Made by a program: the position numbers and the translations under genes. A stretch of DNA of 64,000 nt from a virus (Duplodnaviria > Caudoviricetes). The notes beneath the pieces were generated by a model. It saw only the letters and a list, made by a program, of their open reading frames with translations, made no database searches and was not told where the DNA came from. Where the stretch lies: the IMG/VR virus record IMGVR_UViG_3300032234_000392, positions 64,001 through 128,000 of that record; one strand, written 5' to 3'. Position 1 is the stretch's first letter. Each line of letters starts with the position of its first letter. Shown here in pieces: positions 41,332-50,161 of the stretch.

Positions 41332-42390
41332 ATGGCAGTGTGTTCGAATAACGATTGGGATCCTTTAGAGGAAATTATTGTAGGTATTGCTGAGAACGCA
41401 CTATTACCTCCACTAAACAAAAGCACACATAGTTTTGTTTATGCTGGCGAGAAGTGGGAAGACATTCAACATCTGCAGGGCAATCACGAACAGTGGGTGT
41501 TGGATGAAGGACAGGAAGATCTTGATAGACTAGCAGATACACTAAAAGGACTAGGAGTTAAAGTTCATCGTCCTAAAGCATTGGATCATACCAAAGAGTT
41601 CAGCACACCAGAATGGAAGACCACTGGGTGGTATAACTTTTGTCCACGTGACTTGTTGTTGCCCTTAGATAATATGATTATCGATTGTCCAAGTCCTATG
41701 CGTTCTAGATATTTTGAAACTCGTGCCTACAACGATTATCTCTACGAGCAAATGAAAGACGGCACACAATGGATATGTGCTCCTAAGCCCTTGCTAGAAG
41801 ATAGTAGTTTTCAGTTAGAACATCTAGAAGATGCCACGCTATTGAATAATGAAATTGTATTTGACGCACCCAATGTTGTGCGTATTGGTAAAGACCTATT
41901 ATGTCAGGTCAGCAACAGTGGCAACAAGCTGGGATTTGAATGGCTTAATACTATTCTTGCACCCAAAGGTTATAGAATTCATCTTGCTGAAAAGATCTAT
42001 AGTTATGCACATTTTGACTCCACAATCTTGCCATTGCGACCAGGCCTAGTATTGTTCAATGCTGACAGAGTCACACCAGACAACTATCCTAAGATTTTTG
42101 AATCCTGGGATAAAATTTGGTTTACAGGTGATAAACTGTCTGTGCCCACAGCCAACATGGCAGGCGGCATTGCTCCTTGCAGTCCGTATATCGGCCTAAA
42201 CTTTTTAAGTGTTAACGAAAAGCTAGTTATCTGCGATATTGAACAAGAAGAACTGCGTCGTGAATTAGGTAGATGGGGAATTGAAACTATTGGTCTTCCT
42301 TGCCGCCAAGCTCGTACAATGAGCGGTGGATTTCACTGTTCAACTCTAGATGTTAAGCGTACAGGCACACTACAGGACTATTTTAGCTGA
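41332..42390 (+). CDS. amidinotransferase (glycine/inosamine-phosphate amidinotransferase family)
   Basis: NDWDPLEEIIVG, CPRD, FDAPN, HFDST..PLRPG, GGFHCSTLD. Confidence 0.9.
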   Translation: MAVCSNNDWDPLEEIIVGIAENALLPPLNKSTHSFVYAGEKWEDIQHLQGNHEQWVLDEGQEDLDRLADTLKGLGVKVHRPKALDHTKEFSTPEWKTTGWYNFCPRDLLLPLDNMIIDCPSPMRSRYFETRAYNDYLYEQMKDGTQWICAPKPLLEDSSFQLEHLEDATLLNNEIVFDAPNVVRIGKDLLCQVSNSGNKLGFEWLNTILAPKGYRIHLAEKIYSYAHFDSTILPLRPGLVLFNADRVTPDNYPKIFESWDKIWFTGDKLSVPTANMAGGIAPCSPYIGLNFLSVNEKLVICDIEQEELRRELGRWGIETIGLPCRQARTMSGGFHCSTLDVKRTGTLQDYFS

Positions 42391-42887
42391 TGCATGGTCA
42401 CATTGATCCACAGTGGAATATTCAAGATTATGTTAATTTAAAATATAATCGAGACACTGTCAGTCATGAATGTCTCACAACGTTTTTGAATGCAGGGCAT
42501 AGTCGTGATCAAATGTGTTTGTACAATTACTTTGAACCAAACACTATGCCCGACTCAGTTGATTATATTAAAAACAAATTTGATTTTTTAAAAAACTTAA
42601 CTGCTGCAGTTAATCTGGTACTACCTGGACAGTACATGCCAGTGCATCAAGATCTATATCTAAAGTGGAAAACTGTACACAAAATCATTGATACAAAAAA
42701 AATTATGCGTGTTATTGTAATGTTAGAAAATAATGAAAATGGACAATTTTTACAAATTGAAAAAAACATTTATAATAATTGGCAGGCCGGAGACTGGTAT
42801 TCATGGATCGGTGAGACCGATCATGCAGTATATAACTTTAGTGTCAAAAATAGATACGCAATACAGTTAACAGGTCTGTTGTCATGA
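42390..42887 (+). CDS. Fe/2OG-type oxygenase
   Basis: PGQYMPVHQD...DHAVYN...RYAIQLTG. Confidence 0.7.
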   Translation: MHGHIDPQWNIQDYVNLKYNRDTVSHECLTTFLNAGHSRDQMCLYNYFEPNTMPDSVDYIKNKFDFLKNLTAAVNLVLPGQYMPVHQDLYLKWKTVHKIIDTKKIMRVIVMLENNENGQFLQIEKNIYNNWQAGDWYSWIGETDHAVYNFSVKNRYAIQLTGLLS

Positions 42888-44068
42888 AAGCAGAATTTGT
42901 AAACTTTGAATTATGGTTTACATATGACGAAGAACACGATCAAGATAAGTTAGATCGATTGAACATTGATTTAGTAATTGCTGATATCAAAGAAGCAATT
43001 GCAATTAAAAATGTTGATTGCATTATAGGACTATTATTAGTTGACGGATTTTTATACAAAGACAACGATCGATTTTATTCAATACTAGAAAAAATTCACA
43101 ATGAAGGTACTAGATTAGGTATTAAAAAGTTTTATCTAATGCCGGGCATGTGTTCAGACTATCAAAACGAGCTTGACAGTCGAGGATTACAATACAAAAT
43201 ATTAACTTGGGATTTTCCAGTTAATCAAATGTATCAAAGTTATAAAGATAAATTACACCTTGTACACGATTGGAATCCAACAGCAGATAAATTTTTGTTT
43301 TTAGGAGGGGTACCGTCTAGGCCAAATCGCATAGGACTAATGAGTAAGTATTATGATGCAGGGTTATTAGAAAGAGCTGAATGGAGTTTTTTTCCGCCTT
43401 GGACTGACGAAGATCAAGAATGGTGTAGAGAACATCTTAAACATTATACTGACGAGCAATACAATAAATTTTTAGGATACTGCGATCGAGCAGTTGACGA
43501 CAAATATTCATTGTCAAAAGATTACTCGAGAGTGTCGGGTAAAGAAATGGCTGACAGAAATCTGCTTGATTCTCCTTGGATGAATGATTGTGGATGGATT
43601 GATCCTAATATATTTCATAGTACATCGATTAGTATAATATCAGAAGGCAGTTGTTATCCTCCTGCTACAGATTTTGAATTTTTAACTGAAAAGATTTGGC
43701 GAGCTGTAATCAATAACCATCCGTTTATTGTAGCAGATCATCCAGATAGATTTACCTTTATGAAACGTAGAGGACTGCGTACCTTTGAACAATATTTGCA
43801 AGATCCAGACTATGCGTATATTGAATCTGAAGAAATTAGATTAGATTCTGTTGTTGCAAATACTCGCTATTTTTTAAACAACATTGCAGATCATGTAGAA
43901 AAAATAAATACTGATATAAATCATAATCGTACCGTAATGTTTGATATTCTTAATCGTGATCAAAAAATGATCGAATGGTTAAAGGCCGAATTAACTGTTG
44001 ATCAAACAAGTATTGATCGATGGCTGCTTACGAAAGATTTTAAAACGTATATAAGGATACCAAAATGA
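42884..44068 (+). CDS. putative glycosyltransferase-like phage protein
   Basis: KFLFLGG..R.NR, ISIISE, FLTEKIWRAVINNHPFIV (GT10-like TEK motif). Confidence 0.45.
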   Translation: MKAEFVNFELWFTYDEEHDQDKLDRLNIDLVIADIKEAIAIKNVDCIIGLLLVDGFLYKDNDRFYSILEKIHNEGTRLGIKKFYLMPGMCSDYQNELDSRGLQYKILTWDFPVNQMYQSYKDKLHLVHDWNPTADKFLFLGGVPSRPNRIGLMSKYYDAGLLERAEWSFFPPWTDEDQEWCREHLKHYTDEQYNKFLGYCDRAVDDKYSLSKDYSRVSGKEMADRNLLDSPWMNDCGWIDPNIFHSTSISIISEGSCYPPATDFEFLTEKIWRAVINNHPFIVADHPDRFTFMKRRGLRTFEQYLQDPDYAYIESEEIRLDSVVANTRYFLNNIADHVEKINTDINHNRTVMFDILNRDQKMIEWLKAELTVDQTSIDRWLLTKDFKTYIRIPK

Positions 44069-44622
44069 ACAAACAAATTTTAGAAGATTACAGAACAAAA
44101 TATAATATCAATGCTGTAATAGATTTATTGTCTCAAAAAGGTCCTACAGTTATAAGTTCTTTCCCTGCAGAAACAAATTACATCAATAATTCTAATATAG
44201 ATGTTCCAGTCGAAGCAAACAAAATATGTGATATGCGTACACTAACTATCTATGATGGTGATCATCCAATCTCAGATAATTTAACAAGTTTCTTTAAAGA
44301 AGAATTAGATATATTAAAATTAATACCTAATTTAAAACGAGCAATTTATGTATTTGTTTCTCCCTCTAGTGTAGTTCCAAAACACGCAGACGACGACGAT
44401 CCGTATTTTAGAATAGTATTTGGAGTCTTATCTCCGTCTGAAAATTTTAAAGACGTTGGGCTGTTAATTGAAAATGATGAGGTACATTTAGGCAACAAGG
44501 CTGTAATCGGAGTGAAATCAGATGTTGTGCATTGGGGATGGAATAATACCAATAAGTATTGGAGTGTACTTACTTTGTGTATAGAGGATGAAAAATTAGA
44601 TGAATTACGCAAAGTATATTGA
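44065..44622 (+). CDS. AspH-like Fe/2OG oxygenase
   Basis: VPKHADD...VHWGWN. Confidence 0.6.
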   Translation: MNKQILEDYRTKYNINAVIDLLSQKGPTVISSFPAETNYINNSNIDVPVEANKICDMRTLTIYDGDHPISDNLTSFFKEELDILKLIPNLKRAIYVFVSPSSVVPKHADDDDPYFRIVFGVLSPSENFKDVGLLIENDEVHLGNKAVIGVKSDVVHWGWNNTNKYWSVLTLCIEDEKLDELRKVY

Positions 44623-45196
44623 TATTCCTCACTGGGAAATTCTTCGAGATCAATTAATTGATTTCAAGAACAATTATACTCCGTCAGATGCACTATGGTG
44701 GTGCCATTTTGAAGATGAAGTCAAAGAACATATCCCAGAGTTAATTACAGTATTTGAGTCTATGGGACTACAGCTACACCAACTGATTTTTTTTACTAAT
44801 CTTAAAAATGATCTAGATATGATTGATCATTCAAATCCGTCTAGTATGTTTATACATACAGATAGACAAGATGATCCAGATTCTAAATTTGATGATGTTC
44901 CGGTGCTAACTGATTTTCCACCAACTAATGCTATTAATATCCCAATGAAATATTGTGATGGGTCGTTGACTTTATTTTATGAACTTATAGATAACACTGC
45001 AGAAGATGTCTATTACCCAACATACAACTGTGGCGGACACGAACATTCTAATGTCAAAGAAGTTTTTAGATTTGAGTTAAACAGTCCAGCGGTGTTGAGA
45101 ATTAATGTGCCACATGCTGTTCATAATCCGCATAATGAACCCCGAGTCGTTGCTACTTTTAGATTTTACAACGACATCGAGCATTTACTAAATTAA
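44600..45196 (+). CDS. cupin/Fe-2OG-like protein
   Basis: IHTD, AINIP, INVPHAVHN...RVVATFRF. Confidence 0.6.
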   Translation: MNYAKYIDIPHWEILRDQLIDFKNNYTPSDALWWCHFEDEVKEHIPELITVFESMGLQLHQLIFFTNLKNDLDMIDHSNPSSMFIHTDRQDDPDSKFDDVPVLTDFPPTNAINIPMKYCDGSLTLFYELIDNTAEDVYYPTYNCGGHEHSNVKEVFRFELNSPAVLRINVPHAVHNPHNEPRVVATFRFYNDIEHLLN

Positions 45197-46332
45197 GGTT
45201 GTAACACTACCCAACCACCGTTTTGATACCCTTTGAATTTGTTTGCACCGGAATCATAATACATCATACCGTTTACTGGAAACCCGCCAACAGCGGTGTT
45301 GGCTGCAGATTCACTGGCATAGGTTGCAAATATAACCATTCCTGTGAATTCGGAAATTCCTTTTGAATCAATAGATAATCTTTCGACTAGAGCTCCAGAG
45401 GAATCTGCAGTACTTATTGCAAGTCTTCCTGGTACAATATTTGAACCAACACTGCCATCTACGCTAGATTCAATTCTTGAACTAGGCTGAATATCTGCGG
45501 TAGATTGTCCTGCAAATACCAAACTAAAAATTTTATCATCGGTATTTAAACTTGTAAGATTATTGGCTGTTCCTCGACTTCTAGAGAAAACAGCTCCTGA
45601 TGGCAATGAATCGTCGTGTGCTGTGATGATATTGAATATATTAGCATCATCTTCTAAAGACGATTGTGTCACAATAGTGATGCCACCTTCTGCTAAGTCT
45701 TTGTTGACAAGAATATTACCGGTAATAACACTGGTGTTGTCAACATCTCCCCTAATTAAGCCGTCAACTCCGTCGACAAGCATCATGCTGTCATCACCCA
45801 CAACAGACCCTTTTACATCTCCGGTATGATATCCAACAGTATTACCTGTGACATTTCCAACAACATTACCCGTGACATTTCCTATAACTGGACCTGTATG
45901 AATACCTGCTGAATTACCGGTTAAATTTCCTGTTACATTGCCGACTAAGTTTCCGTTAAATGTTCCACTGATTGCATCAACCAACGGTTGGCTAGCTATT
46001 GTTGATCCGTCATCTGCAAATAACGACCCTTTGAATGCGTCTGCTCTAATTGTTCCTGCATAGTTAGATAAATTAACATTTGCAGTCATTACATTAGTAG
46101 CAGTATTATAGGAAAAAGTAATACCGTTATGTGATCCGTCTGTAAAAATCTCTGCTGCTGAATCTTTAGCGTCACCGTCAGTATAGCCAGTAATCTGTAT
46201 ACCACCTAGAGTGGAACCATTTCCGACATATAATTTTTGTTCGTTGGTAACATACAATAACTCACCCGAAGCGAGTGGTTGTGTCATGGCTAATCTTTCA
46301 GCATCGGTGCCTCTGCGAACTTGTAAGGGCAT
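45193..46332 (-). CDS. tail-fibre/virion structural protein
   Basis: N-terminal LQVRRGT...LASGEL...LYVGNG anchor, GNVTGN repeats, C-terminal GMMYYDS..KFKGY. Confidence 0.7.
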   Translation of the reverse strand: MPLQVRRGTDAERLAMTQPLASGELLYVTNEQKLYVGNGSTLGGIQITGYTDGDAKDSAAEIFTDGSHNGITFSYNTATNVMTANVNLSNYAGTIRADAFKGSLFADDGSTIASQPLVDAISGTFNGNLVGNVTGNLTGNSAGIHTGPVIGNVTGNVVGNVTGNTVGYHTGDVKGSVVGDDSMMLVDGVDGLIRGDVDNTSVITGNILVNKDLAEGGITIVTQSSLEDDANIFNIITAHDDSLPSGAVFSRSRGTANNLTSLNTDDKIFSLVFAGQSTADIQPSSRIESSVDGSVGSNIVPGRLAISTADSSGALVERLSIDSKGISEFTGMVIFATYASESAANTAVGGFPVNGMMYYDSGANKFKGYQNGGWVVLQP

Positions 46333-46396
46333 AGTTTAAACTCCTGGAATATTCCTATATCATATATTTATGTCACAAGTATCAGAACCTAGAGCC

Positions 46397-46426
46397 AAAA
46401 AAATAGGGCTCCGAAGAACCCTATTT
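46397..46426 (-). terminator. intrinsic terminator with UUCG loop
   Basis: AAATAGGGTTC-TTCG-GAGCCCTATTTTTTT. Confidence 0.85.
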
Positions 46427-46441
46427 AAACTGCGTAGTTTA

Positions 46442-47047
46442 CTACATTATAGGACCGTTTCCGTTCCTAAAACCCACTACACCGCCTTCTGCTGTGATAC
46501 GTTTTAACACATCTTCAAACAGAATAGGTGCAAAGTCTGGAGTCTGTTCTACACATACGCAATGGTATCTAGGGTCAATTTCGTCGCTGTACAAAATTTC
46601 ACCTGTTTTAGCATCAACTCCCCTAGGCTTACGAACGCGGTTAGCGTGTAAATGCCCGTGAATGTTAACTCCAAAACGACCTAAACTATCTGCGTGAACA
46701 GGGATGTGACTTAGAATCATGCCGTTCATGACATGATAAGCTCGTAATTCACGGAAGTATTCACGATACTCGTCATCACGGAAAATATCGTGATTGCCAC
46801 GAATCAAGACCTTGTCACCATTAAGACGACTTAGAGTTTTTAAAGCCTTGCGGTTAATAACCACATCACCTAAGTGGTAAACTTTGTCGTTTGGACGAAC
46901 ACGTTCGTTCCAAGCTGCGATCATAGCTTCGTCCATTTTCGTAGGATCGTCCCAAGGCCGCAATTTTGTAACTCCGTCATTTCGAGTGAAGCGGCAGACG
47001 CCGGTGTGTCCGAAATGCGTGTCTGATACTAAAAATACACTAGGCAT
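46442..47047 (-). CDS. calcineurin-like metallophosphoesterase
   Basis: SDTHFGH, HLGDV, RGNHD, HGHLH; true start MPSVF (upstream extension overlaps tRNA-Arg). Confidence 0.88.
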   Translation of the reverse strand: MPSVFLVSDTHFGHTGVCRFTRNDGVTKLRPWDDPTKMDEAMIAAWNERVRPNDKVYHLGDVVINRKALKTLSRLNGDKVLIRGNHDIFRDDEYREYFRELRAYHVMNGMILSHIPVHADSLGRFGVNIHGHLHANRVRKPRGVDAKTGEILYSDEIDPRYHCVCVEQTPDFAPILFEDVLKRITAEGGVVGFRNGNGPIM

Positions 47048-47074
47048 CTTGCCCTCCTTTCTTTGAAAAATGTT

Positions 47075-47149
47075 TGGCCCGGCTGCCAGGACTCGAACCT
47101 GGATCAATAGCTTAGAAGGCTACTGTACTATCCCTTGTACTACAGCCAG
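47075..47149 (-). tRNA. tRNA-Arg(TCT)
   Basis: Cloverleaf, anticodon arm GTAGC-CTTCTAA-GCTAT, encoded CCA; promoter TTGACG-17-TATAAT at 47158-47186. Confidence 0.92.
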
Positions 47150-47163
47150 TTAATTTTATTATA

Positions 47164-47742
47164 CTATAGAACGTATTCTACGTCAACCGCTAAGATAAAT
47201 CTATAATCGTGACTTTGCACGATACCCGGACGATGCCATTGGTTGCTAGGATATATTACCCAGTTGCCGTCTGTGGGTCGAACAAAAAACTTACCATCTC
47301 CGTCAACACCGTTTGGTGCCATTTCTGTGCCACAGTAGTCTCGGTCTTTGACATCCTTAGGAATGTGCAGATAAAATACTCCGCTCATCATTTTAGCATT
47401 AGGATTTTGTGGATGCCAGTGATTATGCCAAAGATTATCACGGTTTTCGGCACCCTCAAGATTGGTCATAAAACTCCATGCCATCATGTTTGATACTCTA
47501 ACTTCACGACCTAGATACATAAACACACTCATAAGAAAACTCATACGGTACTTTAACCATACGGATTCAGTTCTTGCGAAAATATTTTCTTTAGTTTGAA
47601 ACTTAGGAGAGTTGGTAAAATAATTACCTTCACTGACAATATTACGAATGATTCTGCAGGCTTCTTGATTGTCTTGTTCTGTAATTACTGAACTAAAATC
47701 AAACTTACGAAATACTGCATCTTGATCAATTACTGTTAACAT
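47164..47742 (-). CDS. putative Fe/2OG oxygenase
   Basis: WHNH, SGVFYL, IYPS..WHRP...RFILA. Confidence 0.65.
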   Translation of the reverse strand: MLTVIDQDAVFRKFDFSSVITEQDNQEACRIIRNIVSEGNYFTNSPKFQTKENIFARTESVWLKYRMSFLMSVFMYLGREVRVSNMMAWSFMTNLEGAENRDNLWHNHWHPQNPNAKMMSGVFYLHIPKDVKDRDYCGTEMAPNGVDGDGKFFVRPTDGNWVIYPSNQWHRPGIVQSHDYRFILAVDVEYVL

Positions 47743-47750
47743 TGTGTCCT

Positions 47751-47824
47751 TGGAGCGGGATAGGAGAATCGAACTCCTAACCGAAGATTGGAAATCTGCT
47801 GTTTTACCATTAAACTAATCCCGC
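47751..47824 (-). tRNA. tRNA-Gly(TCC)
   Basis: GCGGGAT acceptor, loop TTTCCAA, TCCA end. Confidence 0.92.
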
Positions 47825-47834
47825 ATAAAACTAT

Positions 47835-48017
47835 TTACTCATCCTCTTCTGGCGGTACAGCCAAAGGTGATGTTGAAGGCTTTTTCTTAGACCATTGACT
47901 GTAGCTGGCGCCTTCTGCTCGACCACTAACACCATATTCACATTGTGTGATCTTTCCACCGTTGGCTAAAAACTCTGCCACCGCAGCATCTACTTCAGCT
48001 TGATCATTTTTACTCAT
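47835..48017 (-). CDS. SutA-like RNA polymerase-binding small protein
   Basis: AVAEFLANGGKITQC..G.S resembles the SutA RNAP-binding helix. Confidence 0.45.
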   Translation of the reverse strand: MSKNDQAEVDAAVAEFLANGGKITQCEYGVSGRAEGASYSQWSKKKPSTSPLAVPPEEDE

Positions 48018-48036
48018 GTTTACCTTTTGTTATAAT

Positions 48037-48110
48037 TGGTTGCGGGACCCGGAATCGAACCAGGAACTACAGCTTATGAGACTGTCGAGATACCGTTTCT
48101 CTATCCCGCG
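48037..48110 (-). tRNA. tRNA-Met(CAT), initiator-type acceptor
   Basis: CGCGGGA/TCCCGCA-ACCA with C1:A72 mismatch; loop CTCATAA. Confidence 0.9.
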
Positions 48111-48117
48111 ATTGTTC

Positions 48118-48693
48118 TTACAGTAAGCCTTCTGCTGTTAGTGTTGCTACAGTATCATCACCGAGCGGAATCTCAGTTTTGATATTCAACTCAAGGATTT
48201 CGTCGTTGAGTTTTTGTTTCTGCTTCTTGAGATTTAGGATCTCAGTTTTAGCTTGTGCAATCTGTTCTTTGCTTAAAATACCTGTGCTAACAGTATCACT
48301 ATAACCGTAAAGACTGCGACGATTATTGTCACCTTTGTCGTTTTTCATCTTTTCCAACTTGCCTTTGATTACTTCTAGTGAAGTAATTTCTGTGCCTCCG
48401 GCCAACTGCTCTAACTGACCAATACGCTTGTCAATAAACGCCGCCTTGGCCAATGCTGTGTCAATACCGCTGGCTGCATTAGCAGTGCCTACTAGGGCTC
48501 GGATATTGTATAGAGCCATAGTCAAGTTCTGCCTACGGCCATCATTTACAATCAGTTCATTGTTGGCCTTACTGAGTGTGTCCTCAACATTTTGAAACTC
48601 GTTAATCTCAACTGTGAGGTCAACTCGAATATTTTTTACTGTTTCGTTGATGCTGTTTTGTACAGCATTTGCTTTACGAAGGGTAATGTTCAT
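48118..48693 (-). CDS. coiled-coil hypothetical protein (weakly DIP1984-like)
   Basis: MNITLRKAN...IR..VG.AN...LNDEILELNIKTEI. Confidence 0.65.
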   Translation of the reverse strand: MNITLRKANAVQNSINETVKNIRVDLTVEINEFQNVEDTLSKANNELIVNDGRRQNLTMALYNIRALVGTANAASGIDTALAKAAFIDKRIGQLEQLAGGTEITSLEVIKGKLEKMKNDKGDNNRRSLYGYSDTVSTGILSKEQIAQAKTEILNLKKQKQKLNDEILELNIKTEIPLGDDTVATLTAEGLL

Positions 48694-48905
48694 TTACGTT
48701 TTCCTACTAGTGTTTTTAGATAATCTTCTTTAGTATAATGTCCGTCTTCTATTTCTTTTAATGCTGACACTACAGGGCCATGTCCAGGTTCTGCCTTTGT
48801 AGGAGAACCACGTCTAATTTCTCTAGCACGTTGACTAGCAACTAATACTAGATCAAATAATCCACCTGCTGCGATTGCTGCTTTTTGCGATGTAATCCTG
48901 GCCAT
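48690..48905 (-). CDS. rpoZ: RNA polymerase omega subunit homolog
   Basis: MARIT...FDLVLVASQRAREI...VVSALKEI. Confidence 0.85.
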   Translation of the reverse strand: MARITSQKAAIAAGGLFDLVLVASQRAREIRRGSPTKAEPGHGPVVSALKEIEDGHYTKEDYLKTLVGKRK

Positions 48906-48927
48906 GTCTAATCCTTTAAGTTATAAG

Positions 48928-49190
48928 TGACGGTTTGGTAAAAGGTCAAGCAATAGACCGGACAATGAACAACGAAAGAATTATAGTCTTTCTTTGACAA
49001 TGTGCAAATAACAATACACAGAGGTTCATATATTTCCGATTAACAAATGACATTCTATTAGGGATCGGCTCACATAAACACGGTCCAATTTCAAGTTGGA
49101 TTGTAAGTTTGGAGTAAGCATGAAGCTTAAACCTGTGTGTCTATCCTCGTCTACCTTTTACTTCACCGGTTCAGTATTGCTACCGAACAA
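48928..49190 (-). ncRNA. candidate structured RNA / long 5' leader of rpoZ
   Basis: 5' GCAA-tetraloop hairpin, 9-bp long-range helix GTAAAAGGT/ACCTTTTAC, further nested helices; starts at promoter 49195-49223. Confidence 0.5.
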
Positions 49191-49194
49191 AACT

Positions 49195-49223
49195 ATTATA
49201 ACACTATTTTGCGTCTGTGTCAA
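49195..49223 (-). promoter_or_regulatory. sigma70 promoter
   Basis: TTGACA-17-TATAAT with TG extension. Confidence 0.8.
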
Positions 49224-49239
49224 GACTTTTTGGTATTAT

Positions 49240-49315
49240 TGGCTCCGATTCCTGGATTCGAACCAGGCTTCACGGATTAACAGTCCGCCGCCTTCACCTA
49301 GATTGCTCAATCGGA
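49240..49315 (-). tRNA. tRNA-Asn(GTT)
   Basis: GCGGA-CTGTTAA-TCCGT, GCCA end. Confidence 0.92.
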
Positions 49316-49322
49316 ATTATTT

Positions 49323-49404
49323 TGGTGCCCCCGGGGTGAATCGAACACCCTTTTCTTTCGAGCCTGATTACAAATCAGGTGCAATCCCACTATGCGACAG
49401 GGGC
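49323..49404 (-). tRNA. tRNA-Thr(TGT) with enlarged variable region
   Basis: CCTGA-TTTGTAA-TCAGG; G1-C72 and C2-G71; variable region CTCGAAAGAAAA. Confidence 0.85.
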
Positions 49405-49412
49405 ATACTTCT

Positions 49413-49610
49413 TTACTCTGCTACTGTTTCTTCTACTACCGCAGGAGCAACATAACCTAATCGTGTTAGACGACTGTTGATTTTAGCAATAAGTTTTTTC
49501 TTACTGGATTTTTCTCGAGCATCTAACAACTGTTTAATATTTAATGAAACTACCTTGATCTCCCCTGCCTTTGTGAAGCCAGGTTTCTTACGTTGTAAAT
49601 TTTTTGCCAT
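49413..49610 (-). CDS. small basic hypothetical protein
   Basis: GAGGA SD; sits between tRNAs. Confidence 0.6.
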   Translation of the reverse strand: MAKNLQRKKPGFTKAGEIKVVSLNIKQLLDAREKSSKKKLIAKINSRLTRLGYVAPAVVEETVAE

Positions 49611-49629
49611 ACTATCCTCTTATGTTATT

Positions 49630-49705
49630 TGGTGGAGGTTAGGAGATTCGAACTCCTCGCCTATTGCTTGCAAAGCAATTGCTCTACCAAATGAGCTAAA
49701 CCCCC
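49630..49705 (-). tRNA. tRNA-Ala(TGC)
   Basis: G3:U70 pair, ATTGC-TTTGCAA-GCAAT. Confidence 0.95.
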
Positions 49706-49711
49706 AAATAC

Positions 49712-49885
49712 TTAACCTTTGTTGCTGTCTTTTTGTCGCGGTGCTCTTGACGGTACTGCCGCAGCTAATTCTGCTTGAATCATTGAGCGACGCCATGAGT
49801 CACGTTGATCTTTGTCTTTCCATAGTCCTAGTGCTAGACTGCGTTTTGCCTGTTTACTTAATTTAAATGTTGCATTTGCTTTCAT
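49712..49885 (-). CDS. small basic hypothetical protein (57 aa)
   Basis: Hand translation MKANATFKLSKQAKRSL...WRRSMIQAEL...KG; GAGGA SD. Confidence 0.6.
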   Translation of the reverse strand: MKANATFKLSKQAKRSLALGLWKDKDQRDSWRRSMIQAELAAAVPSRAPRQKDSNKG

Positions 49886-49903
49886 AATTTCCTCTCAGTT
49901 AAA

Positions 49904-49996
49904 TGGCGGAGCATGTTGGATTCGAACCAACGGTCCAGGTTATCCCCAGACTCTTTCTTAGCAGGAAAGTGCCTTAAGCCTCTCGGCCAATGCTCC
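49904..49996 (-). tRNA. tRNA-Ser(GCT)
   Basis: CTTTC-CTGCTAA-GAAAG, long variable arm, GCCA end. Confidence 0.95.
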
Positions 49997-50161
49997 ATTA
50001 GTTGATAGTACTCGCCGTCTATGACAACGTGTCTATTTAGGAGTCCTGCGCTAACAGTTCCAAAGCATCTAACAACAGTTATATCAGACTTCGCACCATG
50101 CCAGTGGATGTCGTGTAGCGTATGCGTCCATACGCGATACCTGCCGAGTGCTATCAACTAA
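49997..50161 (-). ncRNA. candidate ncRNA closed by a 20-bp terminal stem
   Basis: Inverted repeat 49995-50014 / 50145-50164 with 1 mismatch; internal hairpin GCGTATG-GACG-CATACGC. Confidence 0.5.

Noticed and set aside
12144-45196. RiPP cluster interpretation of the radical SAM/SPASM genes
   Set aside because: No evident precursor peptide, RRE domain, peptidase or exporter; sugar-nucleotide enzymes point to another substrate. Not fully excluded.
49712-49885. Possible frameshift in the small ORF between tRNA-Ser and tRNA-Ala
   Set aside because: On re-reading the frame is continuous (DQRDSWRRSM)
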